DNA from: an uncultured Acidimicrobiia bacterium
Lineage (GTDB): Bacteria > Acidobacteriota > Terriglobia > Versatilivoradales > Versatilivoraceae
Length of the DNA stretch: 64,000 nucleotides
Assembly: GCA_963786955.1 (NCBI GenBank)
Contig: CAWBAT010000007.1
Span: forward strand, 1-64,000
Direction: 5' to 3'
Position numbers and translations under genes: made by a program. The notes below the pieces were generated by a model. That model was not told where the DNA came from, did no database searches, and saw only the letters and a program-made list of their open reading frames with translations. Positions 9,510 to 19,722 of this stretch are shown here, one piece after another. How positions within the stretch are numbered: the stretch's first letter is position 1; every line of letters begins with the position of its first letter.

Positions 9510-10361
9510 TTAATCTTCCCCTTTGGAAATTCTCTCCCGATACTGCGTATAGATCTTTCTGGTCATGGGACCCACCTCGCCTTGTCCAATGGCTTTCCCG
9601 GAAAGTTCAGTAATTCCCATGATCTCGTCGCCGGTTCCTGCAATGAACGCCTCATCTACTTGGTAGAACTCATCCAGTGTGATGTCCTTTTCTACCAAAG
9701 GGATTTTAAGTTCGAGGGCAATTTCCGAGATGATCTCCCGGGTGATACTGGGCAGAATGGCAGGAGAGTTGGGGGGAACGATGAGCGCGTTATTCATGAC
9801 GGAAAAAAGAGATGACGAGGTGCCTTCCAAAACCTGGTTTCGGGCATCCACAAAGATTGCCTCATACGCTCCCTGACTCCGCGCTTTTTGTTTTGCCATG
9901 ACATTGGGAAGCAAGTTGATCGATTTAATGTCACACCGGCCCCATCGCTGGTCCCGCAGCCAAATGGCCCGAATCCCTTTTTCATTGCCGCTTCCGCGTG
10001 TTTGAAAATGCCTGACGGTCATGAAGAATGTGGGTTCGAGACCCGTGGCAATCCAGGTATGGGACCTGGGGCCTGCACCTCGGGTAATCTGGATATAGAC
10101 CGTCGCATCTTGAATCTGGCTCTGCGCATGGGTGTTGCGGATCTGATGGAAGATATCGTCAAGATTGAGTCCGACAATTTCGATCTCCCGAAGACTTCTT
10201 TCCAAACGCTTCATATGCCGCTCAAAGCCCCATAACCGGCCTGCGTAGCTGCGCAGCACTTCATAGACTCCGTCTCCAAATAAGAATCCGCGGTCTTCAG
10301 CAGGGATCATGGCCTCGTGAACAGGAGTTATCTTTCCATTGACATTGGCGATTTCTGGCAT
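9510..10361 (-). CDS. class IV PLP aminotransferase (D-amino-acid aminotransferase-like)
   Basis: EDRGFLFGDGVYEV, YIQITRG, DIKSINLLPN and ILPSITR motifs. Confidence 0.9.
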   Translation of the reverse strand: MPEIANVNGKITPVHEAMIPAEDRGFLFGDGVYEVLRSYAGRLWGFERHMKRLERSLREIEIVGLNLDDIFHQIRNTHAQSQIQDATVYIQITRGAGPRSHTWIATGLEPTFFMTVRHFQTRGSGNEKGIRAIWLRDQRWGRCDIKSINLLPNVMAKQKARSQGAYEAIFVDARNQVLEGTSSSLFSVMNNALIVPPNSPAILPSITREIISEIALELKIPLVEKDITLDEFYQVDEAFIAGTGDEIMGITELSGKAIGQGEVGPMTRKIYTQYRERISKGED

Positions 10362-10427
10362 GGTTCGTTCCCCTTTAATCAATTCTCCGCCTGACATATT
10401 AGGGAAAATCCGGTGCGGGGGGAATCT

Positions 10428-11063
10428 TTATAGTCTCAAGAAATGTTGACGTGATGCGATAGCCTTTTTCAGGTCTTCCAGTCGATGGGCAAAGAAGTGG
10501 TCTGCTCCTTCAAACCAAACCACTTCTTTCGGGTCCGCGAAAGAAGGAAAAAGGTTTTGCAATTCTTCTCCTGGGCAGATCGTATCCGCCTTTCCCTGCA
10601 AAAAGAGCTTCGGAATCCTGAGGTGATCGAGGAAAGGGGGATCAAAATACTTAAATGGCGGAGCCACGACACAAACAGAGATCAACGTGGAGTCGCGTTT
10701 GGCTGCTTCCAAGGCAATCCAGGACCCGAACGAGAAGCCCGCCACATGACAGTCCAGCCCGGGAAAACGCTCTCTGAGATATCCGATAGCTGCCATTAAG
10801 TCATCAACCTCTCCTTTTCCGTGGTCATGAATCCCGGCGCTCTGCCCCGCTCCACGAAAATTGAAGCGGAGAACGATACAGCCGAGTTTGAAGTAAGCGT
10901 CTGCCACGGCAAAGGTGACCTTATTGTGCATCGTGCCATGATAAAGGGGATGGGGATGGCAGACGACCACCAGTCCTCGTGGTTCTTGACCTTCTGTAAG
11001 TTTTAAGAGACCTTCCAGTTGGCCGACCGGCCCAGCAAAGAACACAGTCTGGACTTTATGCAT
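10428..11063 (-). CDS. alpha/beta-fold hydrolase
   Basis: CHPHPLYHGTM.NKV, RFNFRG.G.S.G, GFSFG nucleophile elbow, ADHFF. Confidence 0.9.
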   Translation of the reverse strand: MHKVQTVFFAGPVGQLEGLLKLTEGQEPRGLVVVCHPHPLYHGTMHNKVTFAVADAYFKLGCIVLRFNFRGAGQSAGIHDHGKGEVDDLMAAIGYLRERFPGLDCHVAGFSFGSWIALEAAKRDSTLISVCVVAPPFKYFDPPFLDHLRIPKLFLQGKADTICPGEELQNLFPSFADPKEVVWFEGADHFFAHRLEDLKKAIASRQHFLRL

Positions 11064-11205
11064 GAGAGGATCGCTCCGCTATTTCGAAGAACGGGTTCAC
11101 GGAGTTTGCTCGTCTGCTGGATAAACCAGTCTGGAAAACTGGGCCCTGTGAGGGTTCGAGTGAATGAGATCGCAAGATCCGGTTAACGGGTACCTTTTGG
11201 TGAGA

Positions 11206-11580
11206 TCAGTTTCTTCCTGTCCAGATAGATAAAGCCAAAAATGCCCATCCTCCCAAAAAACAGAGGCCTCCGATCGGCGTGACGGCACCCAGGGCCCGAA
11301 TACCGCTGAGACAGAGGGCATATAGGCTTCCAGAAAATAGTACGATTCCAGCCAAGAATAGCCACCCGGCGATCTGAAGGGTGTTGTTTGGCCATCGATC
11401 CATTGCCAAAGCAACAAGGATCAGGCCGAACGCATGATACATTTGGTAACGAACGCCGGTCTCAAATACCTGGAGCAACTCCGTCGAAAGCCTTTGCTTG
11501 AGGGCGTGAGCTCCAAAAGCGCCGGCTGCAACGCCAAGTCCTGCGATCAGACACCCTGTGATGAACCAGTAACGAGCCAT
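11206..11580 (-). CDS. DUF423 (YgdD/TMEM256) membrane protein
   Basis: GAFGAHAL, YQMYHA, LFSGSLY and TPIGG motifs. Confidence 0.9.
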   Translation of the reverse strand: MARYWFITGCLIAGLGVAAGAFGAHALKQRLSTELLQVFETGVRYQMYHAFGLILVALAMDRWPNNTLQIAGWLFLAGIVLFSGSLYALCLSGIRALGAVTPIGGLCFLGGWAFLALSIWTGRN

Positions 11581-11655
11581 ATGTTATTTCTCCGATTGTA
11601 TAGCTTCCACGCTTCCACGGTTCTGCGGTGGCACGGCGATCCTTAGTCGATGGCC

Positions 11656-12393
11656 CTACTTTACCAAGCCGACCAGCCAGTCAGAGATAACAAGCCAACC
11701 GTCAGTCTTCGCCAGCATCAGGCGCAGGGGGCCCGAAACGACCAGCAGTAGCCCGCCCCAGAGCGTCACCGGGTGGAGGCGTCGGCGCGTCTTCAAGTCC
11801 CAGCCGATGAGCGGCAGGAGGAGAAGAGTGGCGACGGCGAACACGACCGGCGGGCCGAGGCCGAGGAGGATCACCCAGCGCGCGATCGCCGGTGGCAGGA
11901 GCGCGATCGTCGCGAGCAGCATCCAACGCTTGTGGCTCTGCGCGTCGCGCCGCGCCCAGACGCCGGCAACGACGAAGACCGCAAACAGGAAAATGGCGAA
12001 GAGCGGCACGATCAGAAAACGGCGCGGGTCCATCCCGAAGGGCGCCACACCGCGCACGACGCCGTAGATCGCCGTCAGCGTCCCGACTACCACCATCAGC
12101 GCCGCCATCGCAGCGCCCGCCACGCCGAGCCGGCGGTGGAGGCCAATCTGTTTCGCGGCCACGAGCCTCGCCTGGACCAAGAGCAGGAGCACCCACCCGG
12201 TGAACAGGAGGCCGTGCAGGTGGATGAGCGGCGTCAGTTCCCGTGGTGGCGGCGCTGGCGCAGGGAGGAGAGGCCGCAGGAAGTAAGTACGTGCGAAGCC
12301 GGCGAGGGCCACGAGGACGATCGCCACCGCCATGGCGCTGAAGAACCTATGCTCCCTGCGTTGGTTTTCCGGTGCCGAACTGTTTATACCCAA
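11656..12393 (-). CDS. hypothetical multi-pass membrane protein, high GC
   Basis: About 7 TM segments with HLHG, HRRLG and HKRWM histidines; TTG start at 12393 preceded by AGAGGAGG. Confidence 0.75.
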   Translation of the reverse strand: MGINSSAPENQRREHRFFSAMAVAIVLVALAGFARTYFLRPLLPAPAPPPRELTPLIHLHGLLFTGWVLLLLVQARLVAAKQIGLHRRLGVAGAAMAALMVVVGTLTAIYGVVRGVAPFGMDPRRFLIVPLFAIFLFAVFVVAGVWARRDAQSHKRWMLLATIALLPPAIARWVILLGLGPPVVFAVATLLLLPLIGWDLKTRRRLHPVTLWGGLLLVVSGPLRLMLAKTDGWLVISDWLVGLVK

Positions 12394-12424
12394 AGCTAAT
12401 CCTCCTCTACCGCCCGACAGGGCC

Positions 12425-12562
12425 GGGGTGGCGCAGCCATGCCGTCGTCTGGCATGTCTGCGATGACTCACGTTCCATATCTCAATCTATGCCGACAGGA
12501 AGAGGTCACTCCATCCTCAAACAGACGCAGACATCAAATAGCGATGTCTGCGCCAGCCACGG
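12425..12562 (+). repeat. long REPIN-like element (two facing CGCAGAC-type hairpins with a conserved spacer), copy 1
   Basis: Similar over its length to the reverse complement of 22419-22554; contains CGCAGACATC-aaatagc-GATGTCTGCG. Confidence 0.8.
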
Positions 12563-12897
12563 ATTTGCATGAGGCCTAACCATGATTATTAGGCAATCTT
12601 GTCCTGATAATTCGGTAATAGCGCGGTTTCCGGGCATTTTCGCCCAAAACCTCTTATCAACCAATCTGAGTGCCAATAACCGAGTAGAATGTTATGCCCG
12701 CCCCCCGTCTAAGTCAACAACCCAAACTCTTGGTTATGCTGAATAGAAAGTATCTGGAATTCTTGACGAAAAAATCACTTGAGCAACTGGAATAACGGGG
12801 GTGCAATGAGGTCTAATAGGTCGTGTCAGTTCGGCCTTCCGAAATGCCCAATTGGCAGAGCCTGCTGATCAGCGTTACTATCCTTGAATATCAGGGA

Positions 12898-12953
12898 AGG
12901 TCAAAAGTCGAAGATTAAAAGTCCAAGGTCCAAAGTCGAAGGTCGAAAGCCAG
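12898..12953 (+). repeat. degenerate heptamer tandem repeat, A(A/G)GTC(C/G)A x8
   Basis: aggtcaa aagtcga agattaa aagtcca aggtcca aagtcga aggtcga aagccag. Confidence 0.75.
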
Positions 12954-13163
12954 AATGAAGTGGAAGTTGCAGTGCAGAATCGTAGATTGACTCTGCGGCT
13001 TTGCGAGTGATTAGAATCTGGAATCCTAATTAATGATAGAGAAGAGCTTTGGGTTGTAATTTCCAAGTGAAAATCCGATATGGTTAGCACGTCAAATCAC
13101 ATTTCTCTTTCTTCAAAAATCAAGGGGCAGATTGTCTCTGTCTTGCATTCCGGTAGCGGTCAG

Positions 13164-15434
13164 ATGGAGCGCCCCTATCTGAGGAAGCACAACGAAAGTA
13201 ATATCGCCGGTCTTTTTGTCGTTGGAGATTTGGCGGGCGCACCGGTCATCAAATATGCCATGGCTCAGGGTTATGAGGTTATTGAGCATATCGCTAGTCT
13301 TGCGGGCGCCATCGGAAACACTGAGCCGGATGTTTATGATGTGATCATTTTAGGAGCAGGAGCGGCAGGTTTAAATGCCGCTCTGCAGGCCAAAGAGCGA
13401 GGAATGAAGTACCTTCTACTGGAAAAGGAACAGATTGCCAATACCATCGAGAACTTTCCAGAAGGGAAATGGGTTTATGCCGAACCCGATAGCCAACCCG
13501 CCAAAGGCAAGCTCTGGCTCGATGGAGCGACCAAAGAAGAGCTTACCCGACGGTGGCATCAGATTATTCGGGAGAACCAGCTCAACATCCACACGATGGA
13601 AGAAGTGACCGGGTGTGAGAAAAGGAATCAAACTTTTCAGATCAAGACTCCCAAGGCCCTTTACAAGGCGAAGTATGTGGTGTTGGCAACCGGTCAACGG
13701 GGTAATCCACGAAAGCTAGAGGTTAAGGGAGAAGATCGAGAAGAGGTTTACCACCGCTTGTATTCGCCTCGCAAATATAAGAATGAACAGATTCTGGTTG
13801 TGGGGGGTGGAAACAGTGCCATAGAGGCTGCCATTACGTTAAGCGAGCAGAACAAGGTCTTCTTATCTTATCGGGGAAACGAATTTTCAAAGATATTCAA
13901 AGAAAATAAACGTCAGCTCGATGAGGCTATCGCTGCTGGAAAAATCCAGCCTTTACTGAGTTCCGAGGTCAATGAGTTCGGAGAACATCGGGCTACCCTC
14001 ACCATGACCCAGCAGGGAAGGGAGGAAACCCGGGAGATTACTTGGGACCACGCATTTGTCCTAATCGGTGCCGACGTTCCTCGACAATTTTTGAAGTTAC
14101 TGGCGATGAGGATGGAGAATGAATGGGAAGGGAATTGGGGGCGTGCTTCGCTCCTCACTTTCCTGGGGTTCCTGGGGTTATGGTTTTTTGGAGGGCAAGC
14201 CGCGCTTTCAGGCAAGAGCCTTTCTTTCGTCCCCCCATGGGCGGGCTTGTTCCTATGGGCCGTTGCAGTTGCCAAACTGATCATCCTTGGGCGGAAAGGA
14301 GATCGTTTTGCCTGGCTTGGGCTTTCTTTTTTTGTCTGGTATTCGGTCTATGGGGTGAAATACGGGAAGGGCGAAGAGTTCTGGCCTTATCGTGATTGGG
14401 GTTACAAGTTCCTGTCATTCTTGAACCGTCCATGGTCATTCTGGTATACGGTCCTCTACACAAGTCTCATGACGATTTTTGGACTGCAGGCCTTGAAGCG
14501 CTGGGGTCTGGAACGCAAAGACAAGTTTCAGATCTGGCGCTATGTCAGTCTCATCAGCTTTCAGTGGATATTCTTCTTCTTGATCCCGGAATTCCTCTTT
14601 CAATATGCCGTGAAGTATCAGTGGGTCGGCGCCAGGCTTGCCAATGATCCGACTTTTGCGGATCAGGCTTGGCGAAGTTATGGAATCATTTACGCCTGGC
14701 CGCTCTTCTTTTACACCTTCTTCTACAACCCTCACCAGGTTTGGATTGCGTGGGGGCTCCTGCTGACCTTTGTCGTCATCCCGTTGTTGGTTCTGTTCCA
14801 GGGGAAGCGTTACTGCTCCTGGATCTGCGGTTGTGGCGGGTTGGCGGAGACTTTCGGGGATCGTTGGAGGCACCTCGCTCCCAAAGGGAAGGCTTCTATT
14901 CATTGGGAATGGATGAACCTGGCTGTCCTCATTTTCGCATTGGGCGTCACGGTTTTGATGTTGGCCAAAGACGTCTTTGCCGCGCTCTCTGGCAGCGCTG
15001 AGTTCGGGATCCATCTCTACAGGCTTGGCGCGGATGTTTGGCTGGTGGGGATTCTACCGGTTACGCTTTACCCTTTCCTCGGTGGAAAGGTCTGGTGCCG
15101 TTATTGGTGCCCTCTGGCAAAACTCATGCAGCTGCAATCCCAATTTTTCACCCGACTGCGATGGAGCCGATTCCAGATTGTTTCGAACGACAAGTGTATT
15201 GGCTGTTACGAGTGCTCACGCAACTGTCAGATCGGAATCGACGTCATGAATTTTGCCTTAAAACAAGAAACCATTAATAATTCCAATTCCTCCTGCATCG
15301 GTTGTGGGATTTGCGTTACCGTCTGCCCCATGAGCACACTGGGGTTCGGCGAGGACGTGATGGCTTCTCCGGCTTCCACGCTTGTGCAAATTTCGCTGCC
15401 CGAGACGAGTTCGATTGATTCACGGCCGAATTAA
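13164..15434 (+). CDS. FAD/NAD(P)H oxidoreductase (TrxB-like) fused to a NapH-like membrane 4Fe-4S domain and a 2x[4Fe-4S] ferredoxin
   Basis: GAGAAG, LATG, GGGNSA; multiple TM helices; CSWICGCG, CRYWCP, CIGCYECSRNC and CIGCGICVTVCP. Start may be 13080 or 13164. Confidence 0.8.
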   Translation: MERPYLRKHNESNIAGLFVVGDLAGAPVIKYAMAQGYEVIEHIASLAGAIGNTEPDVYDVIILGAGAAGLNAALQAKERGMKYLLLEKEQIANTIENFPEGKWVYAEPDSQPAKGKLWLDGATKEELTRRWHQIIRENQLNIHTMEEVTGCEKRNQTFQIKTPKALYKAKYVVLATGQRGNPRKLEVKGEDREEVYHRLYSPRKYKNEQILVVGGGNSAIEAAITLSEQNKVFLSYRGNEFSKIFKENKRQLDEAIAAGKIQPLLSSEVNEFGEHRATLTMTQQGREETREITWDHAFVLIGADVPRQFLKLLAMRMENEWEGNWGRASLLTFLGFLGLWFFGGQAALSGKSLSFVPPWAGLFLWAVAVAKLIILGRKGDRFAWLGLSFFVWYSVYGVKYGKGEEFWPYRDWGYKFLSFLNRPWSFWYTVLYTSLMTIFGLQALKRWGLERKDKFQIWRYVSLISFQWIFFFLIPEFLFQYAVKYQWVGARLANDPTFADQAWRSYGIIYAWPLFFYTFFYNPHQVWIAWGLLLTFVVIPLLVLFQGKRYCSWICGCGGLAETFGDRWRHLAPKGKASIHWEWMNLAVLIFALGVTVLMLAKDVFAALSGSAEFGIHLYRLGADVWLVGILPVTLYPFLGGKVWCRYWCPLAKLMQLQSQFFTRLRWSRFQIVSNDKCIGCYECSRNCQIGIDVMNFALKQETINNSNSSCIGCGICVTVCPMSTLGFGEDVMASPASTLVQISLPETSSIDSRPN

Positions 15435-15614
15435 CGTAAAACAATGGTCTACGGTCAAAGGTCTATGGTCCAATCGAATCCTGTAACGAGCGGTAGCTCG
15501 ACGGAGAATATGAAGAAATTGAGTACCCCGCATGGAACGGACGCCGTTCCGCTCCTTGTCGAGTGGCATAACGATTTGAATTCTTGGACAAGCACATCCG
15601 CTCGGGGTGACAGA

Positions 15615-15643
15615 TTGACAAGTGTTACCGTGTGCGGTAACGT
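15615..15643 (+). promoter_or_regulatory. sigma70 promoter with overlapping operator palindrome; probably leaderless
   Basis: TTGACA (15615-20), 17 nt, TAACGT (15638-43); GTTACCG-tgtg-CGGTAAC at 15624-15641; ATG only 5 nt after the -10. Confidence 0.7.
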
Positions 15644-15648
15644 ATCAC

Positions 15649-15843
15649 ATGCCAAAGATTCGTCGAGGCGGATACATCTTTTTTATTTGGAAAGGTGACC
15701 ATCCTCCTCGGCACGTGCATATTTACCGCGATGGAAAGCTTGTCCTGAAATGGGATCTCGATAACAAGAAACCAATGAACGGAAGAACCTCCCGGCGGGT
15801 TCTCAATTTGATCGAGGAACTTGAATCTGAGGGTTTGCTATGA
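15649..15843 (+). CDS. DUF4160-like small putative toxin
   Basis: 64 aa, basic; GY.F.....DHPPRHVHI motif. Confidence 0.7.
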   Translation: MPKIRRGGYIFFIWKGDHPPRHVHIYRDGKLVLKWDLDNKKPMNGRTSRRVLNLIEELESEGLL

Positions 15844-16325
15844 AGATTCGATCAGTCAAATACAACAATCGAAAGAAGGCATTTGAGATTAAGACCTCCG
15901 GCAGAAGCCTGCCGTTTCCTTACTCCAAGGCGGAGCCTGAACCGAGTGTCAAGGATCCGATCCGCCATTTGTTCGTGGATAAAGAATTGGGGAGCGAAGG
16001 GTTCACCTACGTGCTGAAGTCCGGCAAACAGGGGACAGTCCACATTGAGCAGGTGATGGAGTACAACCGAGATCCATGGTTCTTACGCGATGCTCTTCTT
16101 TACAAGTTGACGATCGAGGCCCAGAATCGTTTAGATAGGAGTTCCTTATCTAGGCGGGAGATTATTCGACGGCTCGGGACTTCCGCGACGCAGTTCTATC
16201 GTCTTTTGGATCAAAAGAACTACCAGAAATCGGTTGATCAGCTTCTGTCCTTGCTGCATATCCTGGATTGCGATGTCGATCTAGTATTCCGAGCAAAGAG
16301 ACCTTCACGAGGCCGAGCTGCCTAA
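15840..16325 (+). CDS. putative antitoxin with C-terminal HTH
   Basis: ATGA overlap with the upstream gene; LSRREIIRRLGTSATQFYRLLD...LDCDVDL HTH. Confidence 0.7.
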   Translation: MKIRSVKYNNRKKAFEIKTSGRSLPFPYSKAEPEPSVKDPIRHLFVDKELGSEGFTYVLKSGKQGTVHIEQVMEYNRDPWFLRDALLYKLTIEAQNRLDRSSLSRREIIRRLGTSATQFYRLLDQKNYQKSVDQLLSLLHILDCDVDLVFRAKRPSRGRAA

Positions 16326-16750
16326 CGGCGCTCCAGCGAAACGGGGGTGGCGAAGACATGCGCGGTTGTATGTCTTCAAATCAACTGGTCGACATTGGAG
16401 ATGTTGGTGGGCAAAGCTACTGCACGGAGAACATTGCGGTTGGATGCCCAGAGTATGTCGAACCCCTCCTGATACAGCGCGGAATCAAAGCCAAAGGGCA
16501 GTTGATCATGCTGGTTGAAATAGAACGCCAGTTGAAAGAAACTGAAACCGCTTATCCTTATCAGGGGCTTTTTGAAGATGAAAAAGGCGGTTTAAGCCTT
16601 GAAAACGCTTTCTTTCGGAACTGATCTCTCCATCCAACAATGTCTTAGCTTGGCCCGACCCCATTATCGCCATTATCGGCCGCAAGGCGCTGCCGGGAAG
16701 CAGGCACCGCTGAGTGGATGCATCAGGAATATCGATCAATAGGACTGCGC

Positions 16751-17998
16751 GTGCGACACATTTTCGCGATCCTTCTCGCCCTCGGGATCACTGGTCTGCC
16801 TTCTGCGGTTGGCCAGAGCCTGGGGCAAGACGGTGTCAATCAGGATTTCAACCATGCGTGGGAGAGTATCACCTCCACGTACGGGTACTTTGACGCAAAA
16901 GCGACTTCCTGGAGTGATGTGCCCCGCCTGTACGAAAGCGATCTCCGTCGGGTTACGACGCGGGAAGAATTCATAGGTCTCCTCGAGCGTGTGCTTGACG
17001 AGCTGTACGACTCACACACCCAGCTAACCGTGAATACGTTGACGTCGCCTCGTCTGGTACCGTCAGGCACAGACCTGTGGGCAGAGTGGCGCGGCGGGCA
17101 AGCGGTGATCACCGAGGTTCGCGCGGATTCCGATGCGCAACGAGCTGGGCTCAAGCCAAACACTGTCATCGTTGCCATCAACGGCACGGGCATTGCTGAT
17201 GCCGTGGAATTGAGACTGGGCCGGGCGTATCCGCACTCCGTTGGGGCTGCGCGCGACTGGGCTCTCCGCGCCGTACTCGCCGGACATCACAACGAACACC
17301 GGCTTCTCCAGGTGCGGGAAGGTGTCACGACTCGGACCGTAGAACTTCCGGCTCGCGATCAGGTCGGCACGCCTGCACCGACACTTGTCAGCCACTCGGA
17401 GTTGCGTCCCGGCATCGGCTATATTCGATTCAATGATTCACTCGGGAATAACGCCACGGTTGAAGCGTTCGATCGTGCGCTTGCCGAATTGCGATCGGCG
17501 CGTGCTTTGATCATTGATCTTCGGAATACGCCAAGTGGTGGCAATAGCAGCGTCGCCAGAGGCATCCTGGGTAGATTTGTCAGTCGGGAGTTGCCATACC
17601 AGAAACACGTTTTAGTTTCGGAAGAGCGCGAGACCGGAGTCCGGCGCAGCTGGCTTGAACTCGTGTCGCCACGCGGAGAATTCGTCTGCCGGCAGCCGGT
17701 GGCGGTACTCGTCGATCACTGGACGGGGAGCATGGGTGAAGGCCTCGCGATCGGATTCGATGCCACGCAGTCTGGAAAGGTAATCGGTACGCCCATGGCG
17801 GGTCTCGCTGGCGCCACTTATCAGGTTACTCTCCCGCACACCGGCATTGGTATGAATTTGCCAGCGGAGCGCCTGTACCATGTTGACGGCACACCACGCG
17901 AAGCGTTTCAGCCGAGGATCCTGGTTGATGTTGCACGCTCCGATGAGGGTGAAGATCCCTTCGTCATTGCAGCATTGCGCGCATTAGGTGAAAAATGA
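16751..17998 (+). CDS. S41 family (C-terminal processing-like) peptidase, exported
   Basis: Signal peptide; DSHT, PDZ-like segment, IGYIRF, IIDLRNTPSGG, TGSMGE. Confidence 0.85.
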   Translation: MRHIFAILLALGITGLPSAVGQSLGQDGVNQDFNHAWESITSTYGYFDAKATSWSDVPRLYESDLRRVTTREEFIGLLERVLDELYDSHTQLTVNTLTSPRLVPSGTDLWAEWRGGQAVITEVRADSDAQRAGLKPNTVIVAINGTGIADAVELRLGRAYPHSVGAARDWALRAVLAGHHNEHRLLQVREGVTTRTVELPARDQVGTPAPTLVSHSELRPGIGYIRFNDSLGNNATVEAFDRALAELRSARALIIDLRNTPSGGNSSVARGILGRFVSRELPYQKHVLVSEERETGVRRSWLELVSPRGEFVCRQPVAVLVDHWTGSMGEGLAIGFDATQSGKVIGTPMAGLAGATYQVTLPHTGIGMNLPAERLYHVDGTPREAFQPRILVDVARSDEGEDPFVIAALRALGEK

Positions 17999-18050
17999 AA
18001 GGAAACCGCTAAGTCAGGGCAAAAGAAATCGTCATAAGGGAGATGATCTT

Positions 18051-18518
18051 ATGGGCTTCGTCACAAAGCTGGACCATATTGCGGTGACCGTCAGTAGCCT
18101 GGAGCGGTCGTTGCCTTTTTATACTGGGGTGCTCGGTCTGAGAGAAGTCGAACGACACCTCTTGCAGGGAGAGACGATCTCGACCATGGCAGGAAAACCC
18201 GGGGTAATCATGCAGGTCGTGCGTCTGGCTTCCCCCGACACCCCTGACATTCTGGTTGATCTGCAAGAGTATGTGCAGCCGAAAGGCAGCGTTTCAAACG
18301 CCAAACTGGGAATGGCCAACCATTCCCACTTTTGTTTCGGCGTCAGCAATCTTCAAACTGCCTACCGAGAGCTCAAAGAAAAAGGAGTAGAGTTCGTGTC
18401 GGCTCCCGTAACTTTTGATCTGGGTGCTGATTGGGATTACGGAGCAGTCAAAGTAGTCTTTCTAAAGGACCCCGACGGATTCATTTTGGAATTAGTGGAG
18501 ATGCCCGTAAAGGTCTGA
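18051..18518 (+). CDS. VOC/glyoxalase family protein
   Basis: DHIAVTVSSLERSLPFY, HFCFGV, FLKDPDGFILELVE. Confidence 0.9.
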   Translation: MGFVTKLDHIAVTVSSLERSLPFYTGVLGLREVERHLLQGETISTMAGKPGVIMQVVRLASPDTPDILVDLQEYVQPKGSVSNAKLGMANHSHFCFGVSNLQTAYRELKEKGVEFVSAPVTFDLGADWDYGAVKVVFLKDPDGFILELVEMPVKV

Positions 18519-18636
18519 ATGAGGCAAAGTGTAGTGCTGGACTTGCTTTCGCATAAGGGCAGTGTCCCCACTTACCATGTCAATTTTATTTTTGTTCCTT
18601 TCACGAGGCTTTGATCACTGATCGGAGTTACGAACC

Positions 18637-19437
18637 ATGGCTAAATACGAAGAACTTAAAGGGAAAGTGGGGATTGTTACAGGTGCTGGGCGGGGGATTG
18701 GACGCGCCATTGCTCAGCGGTTGGCACGAGAAGGGGTATCTGTAGTGGTGACGGACATCGATCAGCAGAGTGCGGAAACCACTGCCGATGAGATTCGATC
18801 AGCCGAGAGCAAGGCAATCGGGTTCAAAGTAGATGTGACCCATGAGGACGAAGTGGAAAGGATGGTTTCCCGGACCGTTTCGGAGTTTGGGGCACTTCAC
18901 ATCCTGGTCAATAACGCGGGGGTAGGAGCGGTGGCGCCGATTCTGGAAACCGATGAGGAAACCTGGGATCGGGTGATGAACGTCAACGCTAAAGGGGTCT
19001 TTCTTTGCAGCAAAGCCGCCGCGAAACAGATGATCCTACAAGGGAAGGGTGGTCGGATCATCACCAACGCTTCGGGCGCAGGTAAGATGGCTCCGGGGAA
19101 GGGTACTCCTCTTGGAGTCTATGCTGCGAGCAAACATGCCGTTGTCGGCTTGATGAAGCAGTTGGGGCTCGAGCTGTCTTCCCACCAAATCCTGGTCACG
19201 AGTATCTGCGGCGGGATTATCGACACCTCCATGTGGGACCAGATCGATCGTGAGATTGCCAAGTTGGAAGGGGTGCCAATCGGGAGCGTCAAAGCCAGGG
19301 CAGTGGCCAGTATTCCCCTGGGTCGTATCCAGAAGCCCGAGGATCTGGCCAATGTCGTGGCCTTCCTGGCTTCTGACGACGCCAGCTATATCACGGCAGA
19401 CACGATTAACGCAGCCGGCGGGTTGTTGCCTTATTAA
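18637..19437 (+). CDS. SDR family oxidoreductase
   Basis: TGAGRGIG, NNAG and YAASK motifs. Confidence 0.95.
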   Translation: MAKYEELKGKVGIVTGAGRGIGRAIAQRLAREGVSVVVTDIDQQSAETTADEIRSAESKAIGFKVDVTHEDEVERMVSRTVSEFGALHILVNNAGVGAVAPILETDEETWDRVMNVNAKGVFLCSKAAAKQMILQGKGGRIITNASGAGKMAPGKGTPLGVYAASKHAVVGLMKQLGLELSSHQILVTSICGGIIDTSMWDQIDREIAKLEGVPIGSVKARAVASIPLGRIQKPEDLANVVAFLASDDASYITADTINAAGGLLPY

Positions 19438-19722
19438 AATGCACACTCTTTGGTTAAAGGAGTCCTCGAGGACATACTTCCCGAGAACCCCGAGAACAAC
19501 ATAGCCATTTGATACGAAAGACTTGACAGTGTGCGGCAGCCATTTTTATGGTCAATTAGAATCGTACTGTTCAGCTTTTATATGACCCATGGCAAGCACC
19601 CGATGTAGACTCTTTTTGGCCTCTAATAGACCATATACTTGCAATCCAGCTTATGAAAATGAGATAGTGTGGCTCGCGATGCATGAGGTCAATGGGCACT
19701 GCACCGGCAGCTAACGAAGGAG

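Noticed and set aside
11702-12399. Several overlapping ORFs of 86-208 aa
   Set aside because: Expected from high GC; only one frame gives a coherent membrane protein
12372-12572. Similar small ORFs at 12372 (+) and 22352 (-) suggesting a peptide family
   Set aside because: The similarity comes from the shared REPIN DNA, and the start codons are not conserved
16268-16624. Possible small CDS after the TA pair
   Set aside because: No recognisable motif or convincing RBS; it may be a gene fragment but cannot be supported
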